A stretch of DNA of 64,000 nucleotides, taken from positions 210,150 to 274,149 of the forward strand of contig JACJVZ010000003.1 in assembly GCA_020637445.1 (NCBI GenBank), written 5' to 3'. The number at the start of each line of letters is the position of its first letter. Position 1 is the stretch's first letter. Source of the DNA: Calditrichota bacterium. Its GTDB lineage: Bacteria; Electryoneota; RPQS01. The notes under the pieces are model-generated. The model was given only the letters and a program-made list of their open reading frames with translations. It made no database searches and was not told the origin of the DNA. Position numbers and translations under genes: made by a program. Below are positions 20,045-28,907 of this stretch, piece after piece.

Positions 20045-20521
20045 ATGCACTCCTTCCTCCAAAATCTCGTCAACTACAACACGTGGGCGAACAATGAAGT
20101 TGTTGAGTCGCTCAGGAGTTGTCCGGAAGTGCCGCGCGACGCGGTGATACGGCTGTCGCACATTCTGGAAAACAACTGGTATGTGCTGGACATTATTGAC
20201 GAGCAGGATCTTTCTAAATGGGATGCGGACCGGGATTACACCATTGACGAGTGCATCGCCGAAATTCCGAAGATTGACGCGGCGTACAAAAAGCTGCTTG
20301 GCGAGTTAAAGGACGAACAGCTTGAGTACTCCGTGCGATTCACGGACGTCGCTGGACGGAATGTTGAGCGACGGATTTCGGAATTGATATTTCACACGTT
20401 CGATCATTGCAGTCACCATCGCGGGCAGATTGCGATGATTGTTCGCGAAGCGGGCGGCGAGCCTGCACAAACTTGGTATAACCGGTGGATTCGCGAGACG
20501 GGTCGCGGAAAGAACTCTTGA
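20045..20521 (+). CDS. DinB/YfiT-like family protein
   Basis: First ATG of the ORF (MHSFLQNLVNYNTWANN...); C-terminal HTFDHCSHHRGQIAMI histidine cluster typical of the DinB fold. Confidence 0.75.
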   Translation: MHSFLQNLVNYNTWANNEVVESLRSCPEVPRDAVIRLSHILENNWYVLDIIDEQDLSKWDADRDYTIDECIAEIPKIDAAYKKLLGELKDEQLEYSVRFTDVAGRNVERRISELIFHTFDHCSHHRGQIAMIVREAGGEPAQTWYNRWIRETGRGKNS

Positions 20522-20535
20522 ATTGGTTTGAGCCG

Positions 20536-20742
20536 ATGGGTTGGATTTATCGTCCGCGTCATCTTTTGGGATGGGCAATTACACTTGCCGCCTGTGCGGC
20601 ATGTGTTTGGGTCTTTCTCGCCGTAGATCGCAATTCGCACTCGGCGAGCGACACACTTATCGGAGTTTTTCCCTACGCCGCGCTGTTTATTATTATTTGG
20701 GGCTGGATTGCTTCAAAAACTTCACTTCGACAAGGGAGCTAA
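20536..20742 (+). CDS. Small hypothetical membrane protein
   Basis: 68 aa from internal ATG; two predicted TM helices; no RBS seen; weak call. Confidence 0.3.
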   Translation: MGWIYRPRHLLGWAITLAACAACVWVFLAVDRNSHSASDTLIGVFPYAALFIIIWGWIASKTSLRQGS

Positions 20743-20744
20743 GC

Positions 20745-21161
20745 ATGGATTTGATGGACCTGATGAAAGGCGCAGGCAGTATTCTCGGCGATCAAGGCAA
20801 GGACGTGAACGTCGGCGGTCTGGCCGGTTCGGTCTTAGGTATGATTCAGAATGATTCCGGTGGTGTCGGTGGACTCGTCGAGCAATTTGCCAAGAACGGC
20901 ATGGGCGATATCGCAAAGTCTTGGGTCGGCTCGGGCAATAACCTGCCGGTGAACGGCGACCAGTTGATGCAGGTCTTCGGCGAACAAAAACTCGGCGCGA
21001 TGGCTGAACAATCCGGCATGAACTTGCAGAAGTTCCTCCCGATTCTCGTCGCCGCGCTGCCGATGATTATCGACAAACTGACTCCCGACGGCGAAGTCAA
21101 CGACAAGAGCAACAACATGCTTCAGCAAGGCATGGGTTTGCTGGGCTCGTTTCTGAAGTAA
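20745..21161 (+). CDS. YidB-like (DUF937) protein
   Basis: Start MDLMDLMKGAGSILG chosen inside ORF-track model 20541..21161; Gly/Met/Gln-rich composition typical of YidB. Confidence 0.65.
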   Translation: MDLMDLMKGAGSILGDQGKDVNVGGLAGSVLGMIQNDSGGVGGLVEQFAKNGMGDIAKSWVGSGNNLPVNGDQLMQVFGEQKLGAMAEQSGMNLQKFLPILVAALPMIIDKLTPDGEVNDKSNNMLQQGMGLLGSFLK

Positions 21162-21179
21162 TTGGTTTGGTGAAACACC

Positions 21180-22526
21180 GTGTTAAGATCCGTGATTTGC
21201 GGGTTGGTAATCTTGATGTTTGCGAATATCTCGCGAGCACAGGAAGTTTCAGTACCACTGGACAGCGCGGGAAAGCTCTTTGTCATCGACACCGACTTGG
21301 AGCGGCGGCTCGGACTGTTTGACGACTATCCGGGATTCATAGAAGCACGACTCTATCAAGCGAACGAAATCGAATTTTATCTTGAAGTCTTGCACGTCAA
21401 AGATTCGGTTACCGTTCGCTCAAGAGTTCCCGAAACTCCCGAACAAGTGGTCGAGATTCGCCGGCGAGTGACGGATGCCATAGCCTTGCGCGCTCCCGAT
21501 GCCATGTACAATCACAAAGGGCGCGGCGGCTTGCTGGTCAACAGCGCAATTTTGTCGATGGGCTATTATAGCTGGGCGGTGCCCGTCGCCACGAACGCTG
21601 AAGGCGCGGGAGCGGTGGCATCGTTTTTCTTTCTCGGATCAGCGGGAATCATGATCCCGTATTTCATAACCGAGCACTCGAACGTCGCGGTTTCGACGGC
21701 GATGATGGACTTCTACGGCGGCTCGCGCGGCATCGCGCATGGTATCGCCCTGTACTACGCGATGGATCCACAAGAAGACAGTGAGCGCGCGCCGTATGGT
21801 TGGGGAGTCGCGGGAAGTCTTGCGGAACGATTCGCGTTCAGTCAGTGGGCGCGCAAGACAGGAATGTCGGATGGCAAAGCCGCCGTAATTGGAGCCGTCG
21901 GGGATTTTGGATTGGTGTTGAGTGTTGTGCTTGGCACCGGCCACGATCTTTGGGACGGAGAACACCAGCAAGACGCTGGACTCATGGCGCTTGGGGGTTC
22001 CGCTGTTGGTTTGTTTGCCGGAAGTCAGTTGGCCGACCACGGCGATTATTCTCGCGGCGACGCATATGTGCTTCGCGCAATCGGTATTTTGGGCGCGGCC
22101 GTGCCTGCGACAATTGCCGATGCTACACACTCGGACGGACAACTGGCCTCGAATCTTGCAACAGCAGGATCAGTAGTAGGCTTAGGCGTCGGTCATGCGA
22201 TATTAAAGAACCGCGACTTCACGCGCTCGCAGGGCCTGGCGATTCTCGTTCTTGAAATCGCGGGAGCGACGCTGGCAACGGCGGTGGTCATTGAAACTGA
22301 AGCGGATGACTCAACGCCGTATTCGGTTGCGGCGACCCTCGGCGGAGCAGCAGGATTTGCGCTCTCGTATTCGATGGCAAGCAAATCCGCGCGCGTTTTA
22401 AGAAAAGCAGACAATTTGGACATAAAGCTGAATCATTGGCCTCTGTTTGCGTCGTTTCCGGAAAAGTCACGCTCTGATTACGAACACAAAGCCAAATTGG
22501 CACTTTCTCTAATCTACGAGTTTTAG
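21180..22526 (+). CDS. Hypothetical membrane protein with signal peptide and Gly/Ala-rich transmembrane segments
   Basis: 448 aa; GTG start; N-terminal soluble region followed by at least five GxxxG-rich hydrophobic segments. Confidence 0.6.
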   Translation: MLRSVICGLVILMFANISRAQEVSVPLDSAGKLFVIDTDLERRLGLFDDYPGFIEARLYQANEIEFYLEVLHVKDSVTVRSRVPETPEQVVEIRRRVTDAIALRAPDAMYNHKGRGGLLVNSAILSMGYYSWAVPVATNAEGAGAVASFFFLGSAGIMIPYFITEHSNVAVSTAMMDFYGGSRGIAHGIALYYAMDPQEDSERAPYGWGVAGSLAERFAFSQWARKTGMSDGKAAVIGAVGDFGLVLSVVLGTGHDLWDGEHQQDAGLMALGGSAVGLFAGSQLADHGDYSRGDAYVLRAIGILGAAVPATIADATHSDGQLASNLATAGSVVGLGVGHAILKNRDFTRSQGLAILVLEIAGATLATAVVIETEADDSTPYSVAATLGGAAGFALSYSMASKSARVLRKADNLDIKLNHWPLFASFPEKSRSDYEHKAKLALSLIYEF

Positions 22527-22529
22527 AGT

Positions 22530-23021
22530 ATGAACGAACATTCTTCGCACCTCAGGCAGATACAGAAAGCCTTCGAAGGCGAAGCGTGGCACGGGCCGTC
22601 GCTGATGGAGGCATTGGACGGCGTGGACGCGCACATGGCAAAACGCCGCTGGGTGGATGGCGTGCACACGATATGGGAAATCGCATTGCACACGGTGGCT
22701 TGGAAGCGCGCTGTAACCAAGTGGATCGAGGGTGACGACACAATTCGAGTGGAAGACGACGAGAATTTCCCGATGCCTGAGCAAGGCGACGACGCGGAGT
22801 GGGAACACGTTTTGAACGAACTGAAAGTTGCGCAGGCAGAGTTTCTGGCCGTCGTCTCGCGACTATCCAACGACAAACTCTATGAAAACCCGCCCGGTCG
22901 AACGACGATTTACTCGGACTACCTGTTCGGAGTGGTTCATCACGATCTTTATCATGCCGGACAGATTTCACTGTTGAAGAAGGCTGCGCAAGCGGAAATG
23001 CAGGGCAGTAAGGTAAAATAG
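22530..23021 (+). CDS. DinB_2/YfiT-like family protein (paralog A)
   Basis: 163 aa; C-terminal VVHHDLYHAGQISLLKK motif. Confidence 0.8.
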   Translation: MNEHSSHLRQIQKAFEGEAWHGPSLMEALDGVDAHMAKRRWVDGVHTIWEIALHTVAWKRAVTKWIEGDDTIRVEDDENFPMPEQGDDAEWEHVLNELKVAQAEFLAVVSRLSNDKLYENPPGRTTIYSDYLFGVVHHDLYHAGQISLLKKAAQAEMQGSKVK

Positions 23022-23024
23022 GTC

Positions 23025-23498
23025 ATGAGCGAAGTCACAAGACTTGTGGGACTGATGGGGCTTGCGTTTGACGGCGACGAGGACGGCGACGGCAGGTTTG
23101 GTCCCGCGCTTATGCCGCAACTTGTGAACGTTGACGCGAAGTTCGCCCTCAACAGACCGTTGCCGGACGCACATTGCATCTGGGAATTAGTGCTTCATCT
23201 CGCAGCGTGGAAAAGATATGTTGCGAAGAGGCTGCAAGACGAACCGGCGGACATTACACCGGAGATGAACTGGGAATCGATTCCACAAACGGACGAGCAA
23301 GCATGGAAAGGCGCACTGCAAAGCCTGCGCGAGACTCATGTGAAAGTGGTTGAGGTCGCCTCAAGACTTAAAGACGAGCAGCTTGCGACGCCTTGCGCGG
23401 GCGGCACAATCCCACGATATCAGGTTCTTCAAGATATTGTTCAACACGACGTCTATCATGGCGGACAGATCGCGATTTTGAAAAAAGCGAAGCTCTAA
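23025..23498 (+). CDS. DinB_2/YfiT-like family protein (paralog B)
   Basis: 157 aa; C-terminal IVQHDVYHGGQIAILKK motif; 3 nt after paralog A. Confidence 0.8.
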   Translation: MSEVTRLVGLMGLAFDGDEDGDGRFGPALMPQLVNVDAKFALNRPLPDAHCIWELVLHLAAWKRYVAKRLQDEPADITPEMNWESIPQTDEQAWKGALQSLRETHVKVVEVASRLKDEQLATPCAGGTIPRYQVLQDIVQHDVYHGGQIAILKKAKL

Positions 23499-23502
23499 AA
23501 TC

Positions 23503-23781
23503 ATGCCGAACGAAGAGTATCTTACGACTGCGGAGGCTGCGGCGCTCTTGAAAGTGAGTAAGAGCACCGTGCGGATGTTAGCCCGCGAGGGCCAGTTGCC
23601 AGCGGTCCGCGTCGGTGTTCAATGGCGAATTCCGCATGAAGCCCCTGAGCTTTGGCTTTACCGGCAGAAACAAGCGGCGGTGCGCGGAAAATCATCTTTG
23701 AAGACTGAGCGGCGCGCGAAAAGATCGGGATTCGACGATCTGCTCAAGATTTCGGGACCGATTAGGCTGGAGGCGAAGTGA
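23503..23781 (+). CDS. Excisionase/MerR-type helix-turn-helix DNA-binding protein (putative antitoxin)
   Basis: 92 aa; LTTAEAAALLKVSKSTVRMLAREGQLPAVRVGVQWRI is a typical HTH_17-like motif. Confidence 0.7.
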   Translation: MPNEEYLTTAEAAALLKVSKSTVRMLAREGQLPAVRVGVQWRIPHEAPELWLYRQKQAAVRGKSSLKTERRAKRSGFDDLLKISGPIRLEAK

Positions 23782-23845
23782 ACTCACCGGGCGTTTCTAC
23801 CCCCCTTGCCTCCCCCGGAGGACCGGAGGGGAATCGGAAAGTACC

Positions 23846-24295
23846 ATGCTGAAGTGTATTGATACCAGCTTGCTGCTGATCGCGACGGACACGACTCATC
23901 CGCTGTCGGAGCGCGCGGCGAAATACTTAAAATCGTGCGCGGCTGAACCGTGGGTGTCCTGCGTGTGTTACGCGAGTTTGGTAAGATGGAGCGAGCGGGT
24001 GACTTCGGCGGAATTTTGCGAAGCTCCATTGAAGTCTTCTGCGGTGCAGAATTCGATTGAAGCCATGCTGAAGCGGCGCGAGCCTCTGATTCTATACGGT
24101 GACGAGTTGATTTTGCGGCGGGCGCTGAAACTTTGCGGCAAGCACGCCGTACTGAAGGACAAACTCCACGAAGCGCACGTTGCCGCCACGGCCTTGGCAC
24201 ACGGAGTGAAAACCATTGTGACGGCCGACTCTGCTCCGTATCTTGCGGTGCGCGAGTTGACGGTTGAAAATCCGTTTGAAACTCTGTTTGCCTGA
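23846..24295 (+). CDS. PIN-domain protein (VapC-like putative toxin)
   Basis: 149 aa; N-terminal IDTSLLL, internal EAHVAATALA and C-terminal IVTADSAPY match the acidic residues of PIN nucleases. Confidence 0.65.
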   Translation: MLKCIDTSLLLIATDTTHPLSERAAKYLKSCAAEPWVSCVCYASLVRWSERVTSAEFCEAPLKSSAVQNSIEAMLKRREPLILYGDELILRRALKLCGKHAVLKDKLHEAHVAATALAHGVKTIVTADSAPYLAVRELTVENPFETLFA

Positions 24296-24301
24296 TCGCG
24301 C

Positions 24302-25111
24302 GTGACGAGTTGGTTTCAAGCGGCGGGCTACGACTTTCAGGAGTTTACGGCGAACGGGCTGCGAACGTTTGCCGTCGTGGAAGGACAGTCGGGCGGTTTT
24401 CCGCTGGTGCTGCTCCATTCGATTCCCGCGGCGTCATTTGTTTGGTCGACGACCATTCAAGCGATCGGCAGATCGAGCAGAATTATCGCACCCGACTTAC
24501 CGGGTTGGGGCAGGTCGCATAACCGGATTGCGCCGGTGGACTTCAGGCTGACTCGTGAATCCCTGAGTGCTTGGCTTACGGACGTAATATCCGCGCAACA
24601 ATGCGAGCGGTGCGATATTGCGGGATTGGGCGATGGCGCGTGGCTTGCGATGGAGTTCGTGCGCGAACATGCAAATAAGGTGCGCAGGTTGGGGCTGTTG
24701 AACTTGCCGATAGCGCCTAAGATTCTGCCAGCGCGCCGCTGGCCGTGGCAGAAACAGGATTGGACAGGTCGGCGTTTGACTAAGTGGTTGGCGGATACGG
24801 CGGGACTTACCGACGCATTGGAATCACAGTTTGACGAACTTTTTGCGGGCGGTTGGCATGTCGAGCGCTCTCCAGAATTTCCAAGCTCGGAGTATCTCCG
24901 TGAAATCAAGGCATATCGCGATAGATTGCGGAATTTCGAAGGAGAGATATTGTTAGGCTGGGGGGCGAATTCGGCCGGTTTTGACAAAGAGCGAGCCGAG
25001 TGGTTCGCACAAGGGCGGCACATTGAGGTTTGGGAAAATGCCGGAGAGTTTCCGATGTGGGAACAGCCGGAACAGTTTGCAAGTGAAATGAGAGAGTTCT
25101 TCGGACAATGA
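24302..25111 (+). CDS. Alpha/beta-fold hydrolase
   Basis: 269 aa, GTG start; LVLLHSIPAASFVW...APDLPGWGRS and nucleophile-elbow-like GLGDGAW. Confidence 0.75.
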   Translation: MTSWFQAAGYDFQEFTANGLRTFAVVEGQSGGFPLVLLHSIPAASFVWSTTIQAIGRSSRIIAPDLPGWGRSHNRIAPVDFRLTRESLSAWLTDVISAQQCERCDIAGLGDGAWLAMEFVREHANKVRRLGLLNLPIAPKILPARRWPWQKQDWTGRRLTKWLADTAGLTDALESQFDELFAGGWHVERSPEFPSSEYLREIKAYRDRLRNFEGEILLGWGANSAGFDKERAEWFAQGRHIEVWENAGEFPMWEQPEQFASEMREFFGQ

Positions 25112-25234
25112 TATTTTTGAGGCTTGATTTCTTCGCGCTGACACGGCGCAATTCCGGCTCCACGGATCCTCCGCGGTGAATGGTCTCGTTTGTCCTTAAG
25201 TAGCAGAAACCATTTAACCAAAAGGAGGTTTGCC

Positions 25235-26584
25235 ATGTCGCATATCAACCCCAAAAACGTTCACGAAACGCTTTCGAAATACATGCTGGCCGACGGATTC
25301 GATCTGGTTTTCGATCTGGAAGAATCCAAAGGCACGTTTTTCCATGACTCTCGCCACGATCGCAAGTTCATGGACTTTTTCACGTTCTTCGCTTCGAGTC
25401 CGGTCGGATTCAATCATCCGCGCCTGACGTCGCCGGAGATGATCGAGAAACTGGGTAAGCTCGCCGTCAACAACATTACGAACTCGGATCTGTACACGGT
25501 TGAGTTTGCCGAATTCGTGGACACGTTTTTCAAGATCGCGGTACCGCCGCAGTTCAAGCACTCGTTCTATGTTTCGGGCGGCGCGCTCGGCGTGGAAAAC
25601 GCGATCAAAGCTGCGATGGACTGGAAGGTGCGCAAGAATTTCAAGAAGGGCTACCGCCGCGAGATCGGCAACCAGGTGATGCACTTCGAACAGTGTTTCC
25701 ACGGCCGCACGGGCTATACGCTGTCAATGACAAACACGGCCGATCCGAACAAGTACAAGTACTTTGCGAGATTCGATTGGCCGCGCGTGCTGAATCCGAA
25801 GCTGCGCTTCCCGCTGACGGAAGGTCATCTCGAAGAAGTCGAGAAGCTCGAGAAGCTCTCAATTGCCCAGATCAAGCAGCATTTCCATGAGCGCAAAGAC
25901 GAGATTTGCGCGATTGTGCTCGAACCGATTCAAGGCGAAGGCGGTGACAACCACTTCCGCACGGAGTACATGCAGGCGCTGCGCACGCTGGCGAACGAAA
26001 ACGACGCAATGTTGATTTTCGACGAAGTGCAGACGGGCGTCGGCTTGACCGGCAAGATGTGGGCTTGGCAGCATCACAACGTCGAACCGGATATGTTCTG
26101 CTTCGGCAAGAAGGCGCAGGTGTGCGGCTTTGTCGCGGGTCCGCGCATCGACGAGATCGACGACAACGTGTTCAACGTTTCGTCGCGCATCAACTCGACT
26201 TGGGGCGGCAACTTGATCGACATGTACCGCTTCAAGACATATCTTGAGATTATCAATGACGAGAACCTCGTCGACCATGCCGCGAAGACCGGCGAGAAGG
26301 CTCTGTTCATGCTGCAGAAGGTCGCCGACGAATATCCGCAGATGGTTTCCAATGTGCGCGGACGCGGCCTGATGTGCGCGTTCGATTTCCCGAACCCGTC
26401 GATTCGCAACCGGGTCGTAGATGCGCTGTATGAAAGCGGCGTGTGCATGCTGCCGTCGGGAACGCATTCGATCCGTTTCCGTCCGCCGCTGAATATTTCC
26501 GAATCGGAAGTTGCGGAAGGCGTCGACGTGATTCGCAAGTGTACGGGCGAAGTTCTCGAACAGGTTCAAATTCAACCTGCCTGA
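25235..26584 (+). CDS. lat: L-lysine 6-aminotransferase (class III PLP aminotransferase)
   Basis: Start MSHINPKNVHETLSKYMLADGFDLVFDLEES preceded by AAAAGGAGG; class III aminotransferase motifs including FDEVQTGVGLTGKMWAWQ. Confidence 0.8.
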   Translation: MSHINPKNVHETLSKYMLADGFDLVFDLEESKGTFFHDSRHDRKFMDFFTFFASSPVGFNHPRLTSPEMIEKLGKLAVNNITNSDLYTVEFAEFVDTFFKIAVPPQFKHSFYVSGGALGVENAIKAAMDWKVRKNFKKGYRREIGNQVMHFEQCFHGRTGYTLSMTNTADPNKYKYFARFDWPRVLNPKLRFPLTEGHLEEVEKLEKLSIAQIKQHFHERKDEICAIVLEPIQGEGGDNHFRTEYMQALRTLANENDAMLIFDEVQTGVGLTGKMWAWQHHNVEPDMFCFGKKAQVCGFVAGPRIDEIDDNVFNVSSRINSTWGGNLIDMYRFKTYLEIINDENLVDHAAKTGEKALFMLQKVADEYPQMVSNVRGRGLMCAFDFPNPSIRNRVVDALYESGVCMLPSGTHSIRFRPPLNISESEVAEGVDVIRKCTGEVLEQVQIQPA

Positions 26585-26623
26585 AGAGAAGATTGGCAAA
26601 GTTGAGTAGTCGTTTAGACAAAA

Positions 26624-26666
26624 CAGGCCGGGGGCTCTCGTGCGAGGGCCCCGGCCTTGTCATTTT
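26624..26666 (+). terminator. Intrinsic terminator candidate after lat
   Basis: Long GC-rich imperfect hairpin caggccgggggctctcg / cgagggccccggcctt followed by gtcatttt. Confidence 0.5.
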
Positions 26667-26669
26667 GGG

Positions 26670-27389
26670 ATGAGCGGCGAAGCACTCTTTCCCGAGGGAT
26701 CTTTAGCGGTCGTGGCCACACCGATCGGCAACTTGGGAGATTTTTCGTTTCGCGCGGTTGAAGTCCTAAAGGCGGCGGACGTGCTGCTCTGCGAAGACAC
26801 GCGGCACTCGAAGCGACTTCTGGATCACTATGCGATTCAGGTTGCGACGACGAGTTACGGCGCGCATAACTTGAAATCGAAACTGCCGTGGGTGCTGGAG
26901 CAGCTTGCACAGGGCAAGAAAGTTGCTCTGATCAGCGACGCGGGGACGCCGGGGATTAGTGATCCGGGGACGATGCTGGTAGGTTCGGCGATTGAGGCGG
27001 GGTATGAAGTTTTTACGGTGCCGGGAGCATCAGCGATGATTTCTGCGCTGGTGGTTTCGGGTTTGCGCACGGACAGTTTTGTGTTTGAGGGGTTTCTTCC
27101 TCACAAAAAGGGCCGGCAAACCAAACTCAAACAGCTTGCCGTCGAACCGCGCACGATTGTTTTGTACGAGAGTGTCCACCGGATTCAGAAGACGCTTTCG
27201 GAACTGCGCGAGTATTTGGGGGATCGCAGAGTAGCTGTTTGCCGCGAACTGACGAAGCTGCATGAAGAGATTGTACGCGGGAATTTTAGTGACGCGATTG
27301 CTCACTTCGAGAAGAATACGCCGAAGGGCGAGTTTGTAGTGGTGGTGGCGGGGACGGAGTCGTGGGAAAGGATGAAGGATGAAGGATGA
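26670..27389 (+). CDS. rsmI: 16S rRNA (cytidine1402-2'-O)-methyltransferase
   Basis: Start MSGEALFPEGSLAVVATPIGNLGD; tetrapyrrole-methylase-like fold motifs; the ORF-track start 26640 lies inside the upstream terminator hairpin. Confidence 0.9.
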   Translation: MSGEALFPEGSLAVVATPIGNLGDFSFRAVEVLKAADVLLCEDTRHSKRLLDHYAIQVATTSYGAHNLKSKLPWVLEQLAQGKKVALISDAGTPGISDPGTMLVGSAIEAGYEVFTVPGASAMISALVVSGLRTDSFVFEGFLPHKKGRQTKLKQLAVEPRTIVLYESVHRIQKTLSELREYLGDRRVAVCRELTKLHEEIVRGNFSDAIAHFEKNTPKGEFVVVVAGTESWERMKDEG

Positions 27390-27396
27390 AGGATTA
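27369..27396 (+). repeat. Heptanucleotide tandem repeat (AGGATGA)x3 plus one imperfect unit at the 3' end of rsmI
   Basis: aggatga aggatga aggatga aggatta; encodes the final MKDEG residues and contains the stop codon. Confidence 0.8.
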
Positions 27397-27451
27397 TGTC
27401 CGCGACTAATCAGGTTTTTCGATTTACCATTTTCAATTTTCTATTTAGCTT

Positions 27452-28279
27452 TTGCATCCTGACCTTTTTAAGATAGGACCGTTTGCGCTGCACAGCTATG
27501 GGCTGATGATGGCGCTGGCATTCGGATTCGGAATATGGATCGCGGCGAAGCGCGCGCCCGGGCGCGGCGTGCCAGGACAAGCGATCATGGATATTTCCGT
27601 GGCGGCGCTTCTGTTTGGTTTGGCGGGCGGACGCATCGCCTATGTGTTTACACATTGGAGAGAGTTCGAAGGCCATTGGATCGACACGATTTCGCCTATT
27701 CAAAGCGACGGCACGATTGGAATTGCCGGATTGGTGCTGCTCGGCGGAGTTGTGTTGGGATTTGGCGGCGCGTACTGGATGGCGCGGCGAAAAGGTGCGC
27801 AGTTCTTGACCGTAACCGACATCATGGTTCCGTCGCTGGCACTGGGTATTGCGTTCGGCCGGATCGGATGTTTTTTGAACGGATGCTGTTTTGGCAACGA
27901 GTGTGATTTACCGTGGGGCGTAGTTTTTCCCGAATCAAGTCTTGCGGGATCGGTCTATCCGCACGTGCATATTCATCCGACTCAGCTCTATGAATCCATC
28001 GCGATGGTCATGTTGTTCCTGTTCTTGTTGTGGCGCGACCGTACGCCGCTGGGCAAAGGAGTATTGACGGGCACGTTCTTGATACTTTACGGTATCTGGA
28101 GATACTACGTCGAGGGCCTGCGTTGGTACGAAGACGGGATGATCTTTGGACATATTGGCGATCACCGAATAACATTCTCGCGGATCATTTCCGCGGCCAT
28201 GGTGGTGATCGGAGTTTATTTGATTTCGCGAAAATCCGAACCCGATTCACCCCAACCCTCAGAACCCGATGTTTATTAG
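27452..28279 (+). CDS. lgt: Prolipoprotein diacylglyceryl transferase
   Basis: TTG start; Lgt signatures HSYGLMMALAFGFG and FGRIGCFLNGCCFG. Confidence 0.9.
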   Translation: MHPDLFKIGPFALHSYGLMMALAFGFGIWIAAKRAPGRGVPGQAIMDISVAALLFGLAGGRIAYVFTHWREFEGHWIDTISPIQSDGTIGIAGLVLLGGVVLGFGGAYWMARRKGAQFLTVTDIMVPSLALGIAFGRIGCFLNGCCFGNECDLPWGVVFPESSLAGSVYPHVHIHPTQLYESIAMVMLFLFLLWRDRTPLGKGVLTGTFLILYGIWRYYVEGLRWYEDGMIFGHIGDHRITFSRIISAAMVVIGVYLISRKSEPDSPQPSEPDVY

Positions 28280-28886
28280 TTTTGAAGGGATCGACGGATC
28301 GGGGAAATCAACTCAGATTGCGCGCACGGTCGCGTGGTTGAAAGAGCTTGATTTTGACGTGCTGGTGACACGGGAACCGGGGGGAACCACAGCGGGCGAA
28401 GCGGTACGGGAGTTGCTGCTTGATCCGAAGAGCCATTTGACGGGCAAAGCCGAGTATTTGCTTTATTCTGCTTCACGGGCACAATTGGTTGAAGAAATCC
28501 TGTTGCCGCACCTGAGAAAACACCGCGGCGTGGCCTTGGTCGACCGTTATGCGGATTCTTCGACGGTATATCAAGGCTCCGGCCGGGAGTTGGGACTCGA
28601 TGAAATCGAAGCGGTCAACATGTTCGTGACCGGGAACTTAGCTCCCGATTTGACGATTTACTTAGATGTGGATTATGAAACTTCAATTGCCCGGCGCGCT
28701 GCCAATGGCGGGACGCCGGATAGATTGGAACAGAATCCACGCGAATTTTTTGAAGCGGTCCGGCACGGATATTTGGAATTGTGCCGACGCCATTCCGAGC
28801 GCATAAGAAAGATCGACGCGCGCGGGAACGAAGACGATGTATTTGCGCAGGTGAAGGCAGCGATTGCCGCTCGCCTGCCGGGTTAA
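28269..28886 (+). CDS. tmk: Thymidylate kinase
   Basis: MFISFEGIDGSGKSTQ P-loop and REPGGT motif; overlaps lgt by 11 nt. Confidence 0.9.
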   Translation: MFISFEGIDGSGKSTQIARTVAWLKELDFDVLVTREPGGTTAGEAVRELLLDPKSHLTGKAEYLLYSASRAQLVEEILLPHLRKHRGVALVDRYADSSTVYQGSGRELGLDEIEAVNMFVTGNLAPDLTIYLDVDYETSIARRAANGGTPDRLEQNPREFFEAVRHGYLELCRRHSERIRKIDARGNEDDVFAQVKAAIAARLPG

Positions 28887-28907
28887 ACCACGGGAATAGG
28901 GTGTGCT

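Noticed and set aside
23503-23781. Excisionase-type HTH gene as a marker of a prophage or integrative element
   Set aside because: No integrase, recombinase, phage structural genes, att-like direct repeats or tRNA nearby; better explained as the antitoxin of the adjacent PIN gene.
24457-26599. Long minus-strand ORFs (24457-25254, 25859-26599) opposite the hydrolase and lat genes
   Set aside because: Antisense shadows of well-supported genes; Arg/Ser/Pro-rich with no motifs.
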